From a virus: DNA of 64,000 nt. The translations under genes were made by a program, and so were the position numbers. Shown piece after piece: positions 1 through 15,760 of the stretch. Numbering within the stretch: position 1 is the stretch's first letter; the number at the start of each line of letters is the position of its first letter. The stretch spans positions 60,942-124,941 of the IMG/VR virus record IMGVR_UViG_3300022752_000026; one strand, 5' to 3'. The notes beneath the pieces are model-generated. The model was not told where the DNA came from and did no database searches. It worked only from the letters and a program-made list of their open reading frames with translations.

Positions 1-1697
1 TGTTTCCATCTCGTGTTTGTGTGACCAGGAATGTATCCAACAGGACAGGTTCTTGTTATGTATAAATTAGGGCTGTTCTTTATCAGTTTTCCAGTTTTTA
101 GGTCAACCACACCATTGCGAACACCAAGTAATTCAGGGTTTTGGTCCCAATCTTCTACTTTCAAACGAATACGAGTATCTGACTGAGCCGAATCAATAGC
201 AGAATTTATTCTGGCTACTGACTTAGAGTCATTGCCCCATCGCACAGTTTTTAGAATTTGGTCATCTTCCGTGTATTGCTTACTTTCAGAGACGATTATT
301 GAACCTAACTTTTTAGTAAGTTCTTTAATATCAAGTTTTTCGTAATCTGGTTTCCAGTGAGAACCGTCCCAGTGGAACCACCCAAGACCTTCTGTGTAGC
401 GAATCATTGGATTGAAAAGGTCTACTAAACGACGACCATTTCCAACGTCAGTGAGGCTTCGTTTTCCAGGAGTTCCACCATCTTCTTCATAGAGAGCATC
501 TTGGTCAGGAGCAATATCTAAGTTTCTATTGAGAAGACTTTGTTCCATAGGAACACCAGCCTCTATAGATTCCCTAAGTCCGTTATACGCTTCTAATGGT
601 GTCAGAGAATAGATTTCTGTTTTTGGACTAACAACTCCAGTCAATGGCTTCAAGTCCCCTGAGCCACGACTTTCTGCCTGAGATTTTTCAGCCCATGATG
701 TTAGCGCTTGTTCCTCTTCAAAAGATGTTCCTGCTGGCCAAAACATATTTGATTTTGGATTATCTGCTACAAAATCTATTGCTCTTCTAGTGTGCATTAG
801 AAGACTGTTTGTTCCTTCTAGCGGCATAGGAGGATTTACTTTTTCAGCATTGAACCGAATCATCGTGGTTTCAATTGCTGTCCTCTGCGCTTCTGTTTGG
901 ACTCCAATTTTATTAGCAAGAGATAAAGCAATCTTGTAAAGACCTACTGCTCTTTCTCCCTCAACCAAACCTTTATCAAGAAGTTTGTCAATATCAAGTC
1001 TTTCTCCGTTAAACTGAAGTTCATCAAATATGCTGTCCCAGTCTCCCGCAGCGTAACTTGTTCCCTTCTTTTTTCTGTTCTTTTTGCGTAAAAATTGAAG
1101 CAGTTCTTCTGGAGCATCTGCAATCTCAATTTGGTCAGGACGCTTCCCGTCAACCCACTCGTAGGTTGTTCCTGAATAGTGTTTTGATGGAGCAATAAGA
1201 ACATAACCGTTATGCTTAATATCAACACCGCGAAGACCTACTTTTTCAAGGTTTCCAATCAAATCTTCGCTTGGGTCACATTTGTAATAAAGATGACGCC
1301 CACGGACACTCTGTGAATTCAATGTGTATGTTCCAGTAAGAGCCTCAATTGTTGGCGGTAAATTTCCATCAACAAGTTCTTCAAACTTAGAAAATGAATC
1401 AGTTCCATCAGAACGAGGGTCAATATCAATCACTAAAAACCCACTAGGACGACATACAACACCTACGTTGTAGTTTGGTTCTGTGTGCCACCAACGCCTA
1501 ATTGTTTCTATATCTGAAGTTGCTGCTTGATTCCATGAAGTAACTGGATGCTTACCAATATCTTTTGGCTCAGCATGAGAACCCCTACATGTACACTTAT
1601 TTCCTTCAGTAATTCCGTGACAGGGGACAATCTTCCAACCAAGATTTGCGTACCACTCGGCAGACGCCAGTAGCAAATTGTTGTTTTCCGATGTCAC
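1..1697 (-). CDS. Bifunctional primase-polymerase (Prim-Pol) fused to D5-like primase/helicase N-terminal region; 3' end beyond window
   Basis: Not in the ORF track because it has no stop in the window. Manual translation from GTG 1697 gives MTSENNNLLLASAEWYANLGWKIVPCHG..CTC....GKHP...WW..PNYNVGV....FLVIDIDPR (Prim-Pol). The same frame later gives SLTDVGNGRRLVD..GWFHWDGSHW and GVVDLKTGKL..YIT (D5_N-like). Confidence 0.9.
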   Translation of the reverse strand, partial: MTSENNNLLLASAEWYANLGWKIVPCHGITEGNKCTCRGSHAEPKDIGKHPVTSWNQAATSDIETIRRWWHTEPNYNVGVVCRPSGFLVIDIDPRSDGTDSFSKFEELVDGNLPPTIEALTGTYTLNSQSVRGRHLYYKCDPSEDLIGNLEKVGLRGVDIKHNGYVLIAPSKHYSGTTYEWVDGKRPDQIEIADAPEELLQFLRKKNRKKKGTSYAAGDWDSIFDELQFNGERLDIDKLLDKGLVEGERAVGLYKIALSLANKIGVQTEAQRTAIETTMIRFNAEKVNPPMPLEGTNSLLMHTRRAIDFVADNPKSNMFWPAGTSFEEEQALTSWAEKSQAESRGSGDLKPLTGVVSPKTEIYSLTPLEAYNGLRESIEAGVPMEQSLLNRNLDIAPDQDALYEEDGGTPGKRSLTDVGNGRRLVDLFNPMIRYTEGLGWFHWDGSHWKPDYEKLDIKELTKKLGSIIVSESKQYTEDDQILKTVRWGNDSKSVARINSAIDSAQSDTRIRLKVEDWDQNPELLGVRNGVVDLKTGKLIKNSPNLYITRTCPVGYIPGHTNTRWK

Positions 1698-1901
1698 TAT
1701 GCGTCACTCGCTTCCTCTTACTGGCCCAAAAAGACGGGACAAAGTTTTGCCTCTGGGTGTGGCTTAAGTCAATAGTGACTATACCCCTAATTTTTAATTT
1801 TTGCTGACAGACCCGCCGTAGGGGGCTAATACTAGCCAATACCTGTATAGAAAGTATGCCAAAATACTCTATAAGGCGACCCTGCCGAATACCATCGGGA
1901 A

Positions 1902-2261
1902 TTGTATACAATGTTTTCACAAATGTCGCCTTTGTCTGAACTTTTGTTCTTAGTTGGAGCAGTAACTACTTTAGTTAGTTTTGCATTGGTTATTTATAAA
2001 ATTGCAAAAAGAATTGATGCTGCTATTGGGGTAGACGGAGAAGGAAGAAGCCTAAGCGAAAGAATGGAAAAAGTTGAATATCAACTTTGGCCAAACAGTG
2101 GAAAATCTTTGATGGACAGAGTTAATCGTCTAGAGGAAACAAGTAACAAAGTATCAGCAGAAATTGCTATTGTCAAAAATTTAGTAACTATTTTAGTTGA
2201 CTCTCATGTCACAAACAACACTCCTAAAAAACCACGCAGTCGCAGAAAGACGTCAGAATAG
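1902..2261 (+). CDS. Small membrane protein with one N-terminal TM helix and a coiled coil (possible holin-like/lysis accessory); true start probably 1911 or 1923
   Basis: Hydrophobic LLFLVGAVTTLVSFALVIY, then heptad-like SLSERMEKVE/SLMDRVNRLE and a basic C-terminus. Confidence 0.55.
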   Translation: MYTMFSQMSPLSELLFLVGAVTTLVSFALVIYKIAKRIDAAIGVDGEGRSLSERMEKVEYQLWPNSGKSLMDRVNRLEETSNKVSAEIAIVKNLVTILVDSHVTNNTPKKPRSRRKTSE

Positions 2262-2365
2262 GCTAAAGCGACACGCCGAGTAGGTATCTTCCTATCGGTA
2301 AGACTTACTGTTACTCTACCGTTCACAAATCCGCCGGGGTTTGTTAGAAACGGAGCATAACTCTT

Positions 2366-2728
2366 ATGAGTCTTGCAGAACGAATAAACAAACTAACACC
2401 AACAGGACCAGGCTTGCCATGTGGTGTTGGAAAGTTAGTGTCTCAACTTGGTGATGTTGATAGGGAAGCACTTATTGCTCTTTTTGATGCTAGCCCATAC
2501 CCTAACGGTGTGTCAAATAGATTGATTTTTAGAATTCTAGAAGAAGAGGGCTACAACATAGCATTTGCCTCTATTAGATTACATAGGTCTAAAAATTGCA
2601 GATGCTTTATTGGAAAAAATAGTCCTTACCGCAATAACCCAGTAACGATTCCTGAAGTTCCTACAACATCAAAAAATGTCTCCATTGGGAAGAAAACAAA
2701 GTCGCGGGCGGGGGCTAAAAATAAATGA
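2366..2728 (+). CDS. Small putative Zn-binding HTH-like protein
   Basis: C...(helical)...HRSKNCRC ligand pattern and basic tail; ATGA overlap with the downstream phosphoesterase. Confidence 0.6.
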   Translation: MSLAERINKLTPTGPGLPCGVGKLVSQLGDVDREALIALFDASPYPNGVSNRLIFRILEEEGYNIAFASIRLHRSKNCRCFIGKNSPYRNNPVTIPEVPTTSKNVSIGKKTKSRAGAKNK

Positions 2729-3957
2729 AAAAAGTTGCTGAGGAGAAAGACCCTAACTCACTCCTAAAAGCAATCCATGAAAAGTTATCTTCTCCTGGAG
2801 TCACTGGAAGCGACACAAAACAGTCTGCTCCAGCAGAAGAATGGCGACCACGAATTGAACTTGACGAAAATGGCGGGTTTTTAGTCTCTACTCCAAGAAA
2901 AGACAACAACGCTGATTCCGAGGAAATTCTAAAAGAATTTAATTTAGACCCGAAGCAGTGGGCGGTAGTTGGAGTTAGAACAAGTAGGTGGCAAAAGCAT
3001 GATGAAGACTGGCTTACTTCATACAGACTAACATTAGTCCCTAAAGCAGTAGAAACTGCTCTCCAAGAAGATGTTGAAAAAATAAAGAAAAAATTAGAAA
3101 CATGGAAGCCTCTATCTAAGCCAAAGAAAAAACAAAAAACTGGCTTGGCTTTTGTAGTTGCACCTAGCGACCAACAAATAGGAAAAAGAGCAAACAGCAC
3201 TGGGACAGATGAAATAGTTTCAAGAATTCTTGATGTTACAGAGAAAGCAGTCCATAGGTATCAAGAGTTAGAAGCGGCAGGAAGACCTCTTTCAAAAGTA
3301 GTCATTGCTCTCCTTGGAGACCATGTAGAGGGAAATACCTCTCAAAATGGAAAACTACAAAGCACCTATGCTTCAGATTTAGGACTTACCGAACAAATTA
3401 GAGTTGCTAGACGAGTTTTACTTGCACAAATCAAAGCATTTTCTGAAGTATGTCCAAACATAGTTGTGGCTGTTGTAAACGGAAACCACGATGAAGTTAC
3501 TAGACAAGTTAGTGTTGACCCAGCGGAAGGTTGGAATACAGAAATAGTAAGTTCAGTCTCAGATGTTTGCCGCGAAGTAAAAGAACTTTCTAAAGTAGAG
3601 TTTAGATTTCCTCAGAGTGGTCATCAAACTTTAGCCCTAGATGTGAACGGAACTATGCTTGGTCTATTCCACGGGCATCAAATGAAGAGTGGCGGAGCCT
3701 TGAAATATATTTCTGGGCAAGCCGCTGGAAATACCCCTATTGGCCGCTGTGATGTATGGCTTTCTGGGCACTACCATCACTTTAGGTCAGAGGACATTGG
3801 TCAAAGGTTTTGGGCACAATGTCCGACCCTAGACGGTGGCTCTGGCTGGTTTAGGGACAGAGTTGGCCTTGAGTCGGACCCAGGATTATTGACTATGGTT
3901 ATAGGAGAAGGACACTCTCCTAAACAGGATATTAGTATAATTAGCACTAAGTGCTGA
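2725..3957 (+). CDS. Calcineurin-like metallophosphoesterase (MRE11-like nuclease family seen in actinophages)
   Basis: Motifs SDQQIG, LGDHVEG, GNHDE, FHGH, GHYHH in canonical order. Confidence 0.85.
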   Translation: MKKVAEEKDPNSLLKAIHEKLSSPGVTGSDTKQSAPAEEWRPRIELDENGGFLVSTPRKDNNADSEEILKEFNLDPKQWAVVGVRTSRWQKHDEDWLTSYRLTLVPKAVETALQEDVEKIKKKLETWKPLSKPKKKQKTGLAFVVAPSDQQIGKRANSTGTDEIVSRILDVTEKAVHRYQELEAAGRPLSKVVIALLGDHVEGNTSQNGKLQSTYASDLGLTEQIRVARRVLLAQIKAFSEVCPNIVVAVVNGNHDEVTRQVSVDPAEGWNTEIVSSVSDVCREVKELSKVEFRFPQSGHQTLALDVNGTMLGLFHGHQMKSGGALKYISGQAAGNTPIGRCDVWLSGHYHHFRSEDIGQRFWAQCPTLDGGSGWFRDRVGLESDPGLLTMVIGEGHSPKQDISIISTKC

Positions 3958-4062
3958 TTGATTTTTGTCTCAGTTTCAAACTCGTGTGCTTAAAAACAAC
4001 GTAAAATTAGAACAACAATAGGCGCATTGTATCTTGTCCGCTTTAGGGGTCATGGAGTGTAA

Positions 4063-8634
<4,572 letters not shown>

Positions 8635-8637
8635 TAA

Positions 8638-9687
8638 ATGGCTATTGATTTTCCTAATTCGCCCTCGTTAAATCAAACTTACACTTATGGTGGACAGCAA
8701 TGGAAGTGGACCGGAACCACATGGGATTTAGTTGTAACTCAAGTTGTAGGCCCTACCGGACCGACTGGAGCAACTGGAGCAGCAAGTACAGTTCCTGGTC
8801 CAACTGGTTCTACTGGACCTACTGGAAGATATGGCTCGTTTGCTCTTTCATCTTCAACTCCACCTGCTACACCAGCGCTTGGTGATGCTTGGTTTGATTC
8901 AACAACTGGACAAATTTATGTTTACTACGACGGTTATTGGGTTGAGTCTGCATCAAGTATTGCTGGAGTCACTGGACCAACTGGTCCACTTGGACCAACA
9001 GGACCTACTGGTTCTCAAGGAAATATTGGTTTATTAGGACCAACAGGACCTACTGGAGCAGCAAGTACAGTTGCTGGACCAACTGGACCGACTGGACCAA
9101 CAGGGCCATCTGTAACTGGACCAACTGGTCCTCGTGGACTTACTGGACCAACTGGGCCAGGAGTTACAGGACCTACAGGTCCTACGGGAACTCAGGGTCC
9201 TCAATATTCTTCAAATGTTTTAGCACGTCGTCATAGCACAACACAAAACATTTCTTCTGGAATTGAAACAAGAGTTCAGTGGAATATTACTGACCCAGAT
9301 AACTCTAGAGGCAGCGTCTCCTTAACTTATGACGGAGCAACTCAAGTTGGAAGATTTACAAACAACTCTGGAACAACTAAAACTTATTTAGTTACATGGC
9401 AAATAAATTTTGGACCAGACCCTGTTGGAGCAAGAGCAACTTGGCTGTGGCACAACAACACTCTAAACGGAAGCGGTGCTGCTCAAAAGCGTCAAGGAGA
9501 GGTTCACACTGGAATCAACAATGACTTTACTGTGGTCACATCTTCAACTATTGCTGTTTTAGATAACGGAGAGTTTTTTGAGATTTGGGCATGGCAAAAT
9601 TCTGGAAACGAACTTCAAATGGGTGGTTCTGTTGGTCTAAGAGTTGATTCTGGATATTCCAATAAAATTCAAGTGGTGGAGATTTAA
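8638..9687 (+). CDS. Collagen-like protein with C1q/TNF-like C-terminal domain
   Basis: AIDFPNSP N-module, GPT tracts, C-terminal jelly-roll-like pattern ([37 protein letters not shown]). Confidence 0.75.
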   Translation: MAIDFPNSPSLNQTYTYGGQQWKWTGTTWDLVVTQVVGPTGPTGATGAASTVPGPTGSTGPTGRYGSFALSSSTPPATPALGDAWFDSTTGQIYVYYDGYWVESASSIAGVTGPTGPLGPTGPTGSQGNIGLLGPTGPTGAASTVAGPTGPTGPTGPSVTGPTGPRGLTGPTGPGVTGPTGPTGTQGPQYSSNVLARRHSTTQNISSGIETRVQWNITDPDNSRGSVSLTYDGATQVGRFTNNSGTTKTYLVTWQINFGPDPVGARATWLWHNNTLNGSGAAQKRQGEVHTGINNDFTVVTSSTIAVLDNGEFFEIWAWQNSGNELQMGGSVGLRVDSGYSNKIQVVEI

Positions 9688-9689
9688 TT

Positions 9690-11084
9690 ATGCCTATTGA
9701 TTTTCCTAATTCTCCTACACTCAATCAGGAATATGTTTCTGGAAACTTAACTTATCGTTGGAATGGAACAGCATGGCGTTTAGTTAGAACAATTGCTGCC
9801 GGTGCTACTGGACCAGTTGGACCAACTGGTCCACAAGGAATTCAAGGAATTCAAGGACCAACAGGACCTCAAGGGACTACTGGTCCAACAGGTTCTGGTC
9901 CTACAGGTCCAACAGGTCCAGTTTCAACAGTTCCAGGTCCTACAGGTCCGCAAGGTCCAACTGGACCACTTGGGCCGCAAGGTATTCAAGGAAACACCGG
10001 ACCAACAGGTCAAACAGGTGCAACTGGCCCTACTGGTGTTCGTGGATTCCAAGGTCCAACAGGGCCGCAAGGAAATGTGGGCGCTACTGGACCAACAGGA
10101 GCGACTGGTCCTCAAGGTATTCAAGGAATTACTGGTCCTACAGGTCAGCAAGGCATAACTGGTCCTACAGGTCAGCAAGGACAAGGACTAAACATTCTTG
10201 GTTCTTATGCAACTTTGGCAGCATTACAAGCAGCACGTCCTATTGGTAATGCTGGAGAAGGATATTTAGTTGTTGGTGTTCTGTATGTCTGGGACCCAGC
10301 AACAAGTCAATGGATTAGTGCTGGAAATATTCAAGGTCCTACAGGACCAACAGGTCCAACATCAACTGTTGCTGGGCCAACTGGACCTACTGGTGCAAGC
10401 GGCGGAATTACTTACACAATCACAAATAATGGAGCAACCTCCTACACAATAAATGGAAACACAAACCCAACGCTTTATTTAATTCGTGGAAATAGATATG
10501 TTTTCAATATAAGCGCTAGCGGTCATCCATTTAGAATTCAAACAAGTGTTAATACTGGTGGATACATTTCAGGAAATCAATACACAACAGGAGTGACAAA
10601 TCCTGGAACAGCAGTAGGAACTCTTACATGGGAAGTTCCACTTAATGCTCCGTCCACTCTTTATTATGTTTGTGAATTTCATTCAATTATGGGTGGACAA
10701 ATTGTTATTACAGATATTGGACCTACTGGTCCTACTGGAGGAACTGGACCTACTGGACCAGCGTTTTATGAACTTACATCTAATACATACACAACATCAA
10801 CAACATTATCATCTAGTGATGCTTTCAAAATAGTAAAAATTACTTCTTCAGGAAGTGCTGATATTACTATTCCTTTAGACGGAACAGGTGGATACACATT
10901 CCCTGTTGGAACTCAAATTGTTGTTGTCCAATATGGAATTGGGCAACTAACCTTTGTCCCTTCTGCATCTGTTACTTTGTATTCAGAAGGTAGTAAGAGA
11001 AAAACATCCCAACAATATGCTACTGCTTCACTTATAAAAATGGGTAACAATGAATGGCTTTTGAGCGGAAGTTTGTCAGCATAA
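9690..11084 (+). CDS. Collagen-like fibre protein with internal cupredoxin-like module and fibre-type C-terminal domain
   Basis: PIDFPNSP N-module, GPT tracts, GHPF...[13 protein letters not shown]-terminal FPVGTQI..Q.G.GQLTF...LIK...W..SG.L. Confidence 0.75.
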   Translation: MPIDFPNSPTLNQEYVSGNLTYRWNGTAWRLVRTIAAGATGPVGPTGPQGIQGIQGPTGPQGTTGPTGSGPTGPTGPVSTVPGPTGPQGPTGPLGPQGIQGNTGPTGQTGATGPTGVRGFQGPTGPQGNVGATGPTGATGPQGIQGITGPTGQQGITGPTGQQGQGLNILGSYATLAALQAARPIGNAGEGYLVVGVLYVWDPATSQWISAGNIQGPTGPTGPTSTVAGPTGPTGASGGITYTITNNGATSYTINGNTNPTLYLIRGNRYVFNISASGHPFRIQTSVNTGGYISGNQYTTGVTNPGTAVGTLTWEVPLNAPSTLYYVCEFHSIMGGQIVITDIGPTGPTGGTGPTGPAFYELTSNTYTTSTTLSSSDAFKIVKITSSGSADITIPLDGTGGYTFPVGTQIVVVQYGIGQLTFVPSASVTLYSEGSKRKTSQQYATASLIKMGNNEWLLSGSLSA

Positions 11085-12010
11085 TGATAAGAACTTTACA
11101 TGGTGTTTTTTCGGCAAGAACTAGAGCCGCATCTCCTGGAACTTTTACTCAGCAGACATCTACTTTTCTTTCTACTGATGAAATTTTGTCTATTCAATAT
11201 CTAAATGGAAAATTTTGGACAGTTGGAACTTCTGCAAAAATGGCAGATTCTGTAGATGGTCTAAGTTGGACTTCGCGTCCAAGTTCTTTTGGAACTTCTA
11301 TTATTTATGATATTACTTATGGTGCTGCTCTTCTTGTTGCAGTTGGGGGAACTGGAAAACTAGCAACATCATCAAATGCTGGGAGTAGTTGGATTCAAAG
11401 AGCAAGTTCTTTTATCACAACATCAATATTCCATGTTACTTATGCAAATAACACTTTTGTTGCTGTAGGAGCAAGTGGAAAGATTGCTACATCAACTGAT
11501 GGGATTACTTGGACACAAGTTGCTGATTCTTCTTTTGCTGGTTCTTTTATTTATGGAATTACTTATGGTAATGGATTATTTGTTGCTGTAGGAGCAAGTG
11601 GGAAAATAGCATATTCTAGTGATAACGGAATAACATGGACAGCAGTTCCAGTGTCTAATTTTGGAACAAGTCAAATAAATTCAATTACATATGCAAATTC
11701 AACATATGTTGCCGTTGCTAATGATGGAAAAATTGCTACATCAACTGACGCCATAACATGGATACAAAGAAGCAACACTTTTTCTGGGTTGGCCATTAAA
11801 GATGTTTCATTTGGAGCAGATATTTTTACAGCAGTTGGTGTAAATGGTCAGATGGCATACTCTGTTGATGGAAGAAGTTGGTCTTCTGTCACTTCTTCTT
11901 TTGGAACAACAAATATAAATTCTATTACTTATGGTCTTGTAAATTTATCAAATGGATTTGCTATAGCAGGAGCAGAAGGAAAAATTGCAACGTCAGCGGT
12001 TGCGAATTAG
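11084..12010 (+). CDS. BNR/Asp-box repeat beta-propeller protein (candidate receptor-binding)
   Basis: About 6-7 repeats of ITYGNG.FVAVG..GKIA.S.DG.TW; ATG overlaps the upstream TAA at 11084 (preferred to ORF-track start 11054). Confidence 0.8.
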   Translation: MIRTLHGVFSARTRAASPGTFTQQTSTFLSTDEILSIQYLNGKFWTVGTSAKMADSVDGLSWTSRPSSFGTSIIYDITYGAALLVAVGGTGKLATSSNAGSSWIQRASSFITTSIFHVTYANNTFVAVGASGKIATSTDGITWTQVADSSFAGSFIYGITYGNGLFVAVGASGKIAYSSDNGITWTAVPVSNFGTSQINSITYANSTYVAVANDGKIATSTDAITWIQRSNTFSGLAIKDVSFGADIFTAVGVNGQMAYSVDGRSWSSVTSSFGTTNINSITYGLVNLSNGFAIAGAEGKIATSAVAN

Positions 12011-12020
12011 GTGAATTAAT

Positions 12021-12197
12021 ATGAAGTATACTTATACAATAACCGAAGATTTGAGATGCATAGTCTCCTTGGATGGGCAAGAAATTGACAACTCGGGTCC
12101 ATGGGAATCAATGGAATCTGCTTCAGCGTGGGCTAAAAATTATGTTGATGAGTTAAACTTAATCAGTAACGAGGAGGGTACAGATGCCAGCGATTGA
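12021..12197 (+). CDS. Small 58-aa protein (possible fibre chaperone/accessory), not in ORF track
   Basis: [46 protein letters not shown]...; AGGTG upstream; fills the gap between 12010 and 12184. Confidence 0.7.
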   Translation: MKYTYTITEDLRCIVSLDGQEIDNSGPWESMESASAWAKNYVDELNLISNEEGTDASD

Positions 12198-15063
12198 TTT
12201 TCCTAATTCGCCTTCCTTAAACCAAGAATTTTCTTCTGGTGGAAATACTTGGCGTTGGACTGGTTCTGTTTGGCAAGTTGTAAGAATTGTTCCTACTGGA
12301 CCTACAGGTCCTCAGGGTATTCAAGGAGCGACAGGTCCAACTGGTGCAACAGGTCCTCAAGGGCAAGGTCTCACTGTTCTTGGTTCTTACAATACATATG
12401 CAGAACTTATTGCTGCTGACCCAACGGGCTCTGCGGGTGAGGCTTACATTGTTGCTGGTGATTTGTATGTGTGGAACGTTCTCAATAATACATGGACAGA
12501 TGTAGGAAGCCTTCAAGGTCCTACAGGTCCTACAGGTGCTACAGGTCAACTTGGTCCTACTGGTCCAGCAGTAACTGGTCCTACAGGTCCTACTGGTTCT
12601 ACTGGACCACAAGGTGCATCAATCACAGTTAAGGGAAGTGTTGCTACTTCTGCAAATCTTCCTCCATCAGGAAACAACATCAATGACGCTTATATTGTCT
12701 TAGATGATGGTGATTTATATGTATGGACAGCGGCTTTATCTTGGTCAAACGTAGGACAAATTGTTGGACCAACAGGACCTACAGGTCCTGGAGTTACTGG
12801 TCCTACTGGTCCAATCGGTCCTCAAGGAAAAGACTATCAATCAACTGATGGAACTGGCATACCTACAGAAACTTATATTGGTGCTGGTGCTCCTACTGCT
12901 CCAACATCTGGAGATATTTGGTTTGATATTGATGACCTTGGGCCAAATGCATTTATTTATGCTGGGGTTACTGCTCCAAATCCAGCAGACTTTTTATTCT
13001 GGGCATCTGAAAATGACCCAGTTGAAGAATTAATTTTTTCTGACCCAGAAGCACCTACAGGTCCACGATATGAAGGCGACTTGTGGATTGATGAAGACGA
13101 TATTGATTTAGATTATTTATCTATCGGACCAACAGCACCACCAACAACTACTGCTCTTTGGGTTGATACATCTGAAGAAGAATTTTTAATTGGTGCTACT
13201 GGTCCAACTGGACCAACTGGACCACAAGGCGTTGCTGGACCTAGTGGAGGTCCTACAGGTGCAACTGGACCAATGGGTCCAACAGGTCCTACAGGGATGA
13301 CAGGACTTACTGGAATGCCTGGTCCTGCTGGTAGCACAGGACCAACAGGTGCAACTGGACCTGCTGGAACAAATGGAACTACTGGACCAACAGGTGCAAC
13401 TGGAGCACTTGGGCCAACTGGTCCTAGTGGTGGACCTACTGGTCCTCAAGGAAATACTGGTCCTGCCGGACCGACTGGGCCAACTGGACCACAAGGTCTA
13501 AATGGTGCAAAAGGTGATACAGGAAATCAAGGACCTACGGGAGTTTCTGGTCCTACTGGACCAGCCGGCGCTACAGGTCCTACAGGTGCAACGGGAGCAG
13601 CATCAACAGTAACTGGACCGACTGGTGCGACTGGTTTGACTGGTGCGACTGGTCCTACAGGTGCTCAAGGAATAACAGGACCTACAGGAGCAACGGGGCA
13701 AGCAACTCTTACTCGTTATCGTTATGTAGCAACTGCTGGACAGACAAGTATTTCTGGTATTGATGCTAATGGACTGACTTTGTCTTACACATCTGGTCTT
13801 GAGCAGGTTTACATCAATGGTGTATTACAAACTCGTGGTCAAGATTATGTAGCAACAAATGGAACATCTATTACTGGAATTCCTGCTTTAGCAGTAAATG
13901 ATGAAATTGTTATTTTGACTATTGGTGGATTCAATGTTGCTGACACAATTCCACTATCAACTATTGATGCTAAAGCAGATTTAGTAGTTGGAACTGCTGA
14001 TAACGCTGTGACAAGACTTGGAGTTGGTTCAGACTTCAGCATATTGTTTGCAGATAGCAGCACTGTAAGCGGACTCCGCTGGGGAAGCACTTATCAAGTA
14101 TCTGGAAAGAACCAACTGCTCAACGGAGACTACAGCGTGTGGCAGCGTGGTACTGGAACATTTACTTTGACTGCTCCAACTTTTGTAATGACTGCTGACC
14201 GCTGGCGTGCTGGAGGAAATGGAAACGTAACTCGTCAGTCTTTTGTAGTCGGAAACTCAATTGTTGGATATGAGCCAGCATTTTTCTTACGCTACACAAT
14301 TACATCAAATAGCCAAAACTACGAACTTATGAACCGCATGGAAGACGTAAGAACGCTTGCTGGTCAAGTAGCCACTGTCTCCTACTGGGCAAAACTATCT
14401 AGTGGCGTTGATACGCTTACAATTTTGCCTAGATTAGTTCAAGATTTTGGAACTGGTGGCTCTCCATCAGCAACTCTTCCTACAAACTTAAGCGTCCCAA
14501 CTCTTACTACTTCGTGGCAAAGATTTACTTCAACTATTACAGTTCCTTCCATATCTGGAAAGACTTTAGGAACAAACAACGACTCAAGTTTGTATCTATC
14601 TTTCCAAGTATCTAATACAGGAACTGGAGCAGTAGATTTCTGGGGAGTGCAGGTAGAACCAGGAAATACTGCAACTCCTTTTGTGACAAAGGGAGGCTCG
14701 TATGATGAAGAACTTTCTTTCTGTCAAAGATTCTACTATCGCCAGACTGCTCCAAGTGCTAACACTCGTTTTGCAATTGGAAATGCTACTTCAGCAACTA
14801 ACGTATCAGGAACAGTAGTTCTTCCTACAACTATGAGAGTAGCGCCTACAGCGATTGATTTCTCAACTCTTGGAGCATTTTCAAGTGGAGCAAATATTGC
14901 TATTACCGCAGCAACTCTTGATACAACAGCAGTAGGTCTTAATTCTGCTGCAATCAACTTTACTGTTGCTGCTGGCCTTACTCAGGATAGAACTTACTGG
15001 ATTGTGGCCAACAACTCCACTAGCGGATTCCTTGGTATTAGCGCAGAGATTAGGAACGAATAA
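12184..15063 (+). CDS. Collagen-like tail fibre protein with carbohydrate-binding-like C-terminal region
   Basis: AIDFPNSP N-module, GPT tracts, acidic xxGxxAP..LWxD repeats, [11 protein letters not shown] domain, TIDAKADL motif, [15 protein letters not shown]...ELSFCQRFY domain typical of phage fibres. Confidence 0.8.
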   Translation: MPAIDFPNSPSLNQEFSSGGNTWRWTGSVWQVVRIVPTGPTGPQGIQGATGPTGATGPQGQGLTVLGSYNTYAELIAADPTGSAGEAYIVAGDLYVWNVLNNTWTDVGSLQGPTGPTGATGQLGPTGPAVTGPTGPTGSTGPQGASITVKGSVATSANLPPSGNNINDAYIVLDDGDLYVWTAALSWSNVGQIVGPTGPTGPGVTGPTGPIGPQGKDYQSTDGTGIPTETYIGAGAPTAPTSGDIWFDIDDLGPNAFIYAGVTAPNPADFLFWASENDPVEELIFSDPEAPTGPRYEGDLWIDEDDIDLDYLSIGPTAPPTTTALWVDTSEEEFLIGATGPTGPTGPQGVAGPSGGPTGATGPMGPTGPTGMTGLTGMPGPAGSTGPTGATGPAGTNGTTGPTGATGALGPTGPSGGPTGPQGNTGPAGPTGPTGPQGLNGAKGDTGNQGPTGVSGPTGPAGATGPTGATGAASTVTGPTGATGLTGATGPTGAQGITGPTGATGQATLTRYRYVATAGQTSISGIDANGLTLSYTSGLEQVYINGVLQTRGQDYVATNGTSITGIPALAVNDEIVILTIGGFNVADTIPLSTIDAKADLVVGTADNAVTRLGVGSDFSILFADSSTVSGLRWGSTYQVSGKNQLLNGDYSVWQRGTGTFTLTAPTFVMTADRWRAGGNGNVTRQSFVVGNSIVGYEPAFFLRYTITSNSQNYELMNRMEDVRTLAGQVATVSYWAKLSSGVDTLTILPRLVQDFGTGGSPSATLPTNLSVPTLTTSWQRFTSTITVPSISGKTLGTNNDSSLYLSFQVSNTGTGAVDFWGVQVEPGNTATPFVTKGGSYDEELSFCQRFYYRQTAPSANTRFAIGNATSATNVSGTVVLPTTMRVAPTAIDFSTLGAFSSGANIAITAATLDTTAVGLNSAAINFTVAAGLTQDRTYWIVANNSTSGFLGISAEIRNE

Positions 15064-15695
15064 TGACTAGAGCAAGAGATATTGCTAGCCAAATAACAAA
15101 CTTAAGTTATGTAAGCAATGGAGCCAACTGGGTTGACCCAGTGCATATTGAGCCATTTTCTAAAGGTTTATTAATGCTGGCTGGTGCTGGTGGAGTTGCT
15201 ACTTTTTCAACAGCAAATCGTTCTATGCTGTTATTTCAAGCAGATAAAACCTTAACAATCAGCAATCTCAGCATCTGGGTTACTACTGCTGGTGCTTTAG
15301 TTTCTCCTACTTACGCAAAACTTGCTTTGTATACCTACAACCCAACTCCAAATACTGCTACTTTGGTGGCTAGAACAGCAAATGACACAACTATGATGAC
15401 TGCTGCTGGCTTAAAAACCATTCCACTAAGCATCACTGGAGGCTATCCAGCAACATATACGATAAATGCTGGAACAACCTACGGCTTTGTGATTCTTACA
15501 GATGGAACAAGTGCTGGAAGCGTTTTAGGACTAAGCACCACAACCCTTCCAACTTTACTTTTGAACTCATATTTGACTGGTGGCTCTCCTGCTTCTGGAA
15601 TTCCTTTTGGAGGACAGACAACAGCAGCAGATACCCCAACTCCTGTCAACCTGTCTGCGTTAGCAACTGGATACCCATGGTTCAGGCTTTCATAA
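15063..15695 (+). CDS. Putative virion/fibre-associated protein
   Basis: MTRARDIA N-terminus typical of phage fibre-cluster proteins; beta-rich; coupled by TAATG. Confidence 0.6.
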   Translation: MTRARDIASQITNLSYVSNGANWVDPVHIEPFSKGLLMLAGAGGVATFSTANRSMLLFQADKTLTISNLSIWVTTAGALVSPTYAKLALYTYNPTPNTATLVARTANDTTMMTAAGLKTIPLSITGGYPATYTINAGTTYGFVILTDGTSAGSVLGLSTTTLPTLLLNSYLTGGSPASGIPFGGQTTAADTPTPVNLSALATGYPWFRLS

Positions 15696-15760
15696 GACTC
15701 ATTGAAACAAAAATACGATAATATATGGAGGCTACTTGTGTTAAGGTCTAGGAGCAATCA

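Noticed and set aside
944-1920. ORF-track ORFs 944-1228 and 1606-1920 (-)
   Set aside because: Alternative frames overlapping the real prim-pol gene (1697 to <1) and its promoter region
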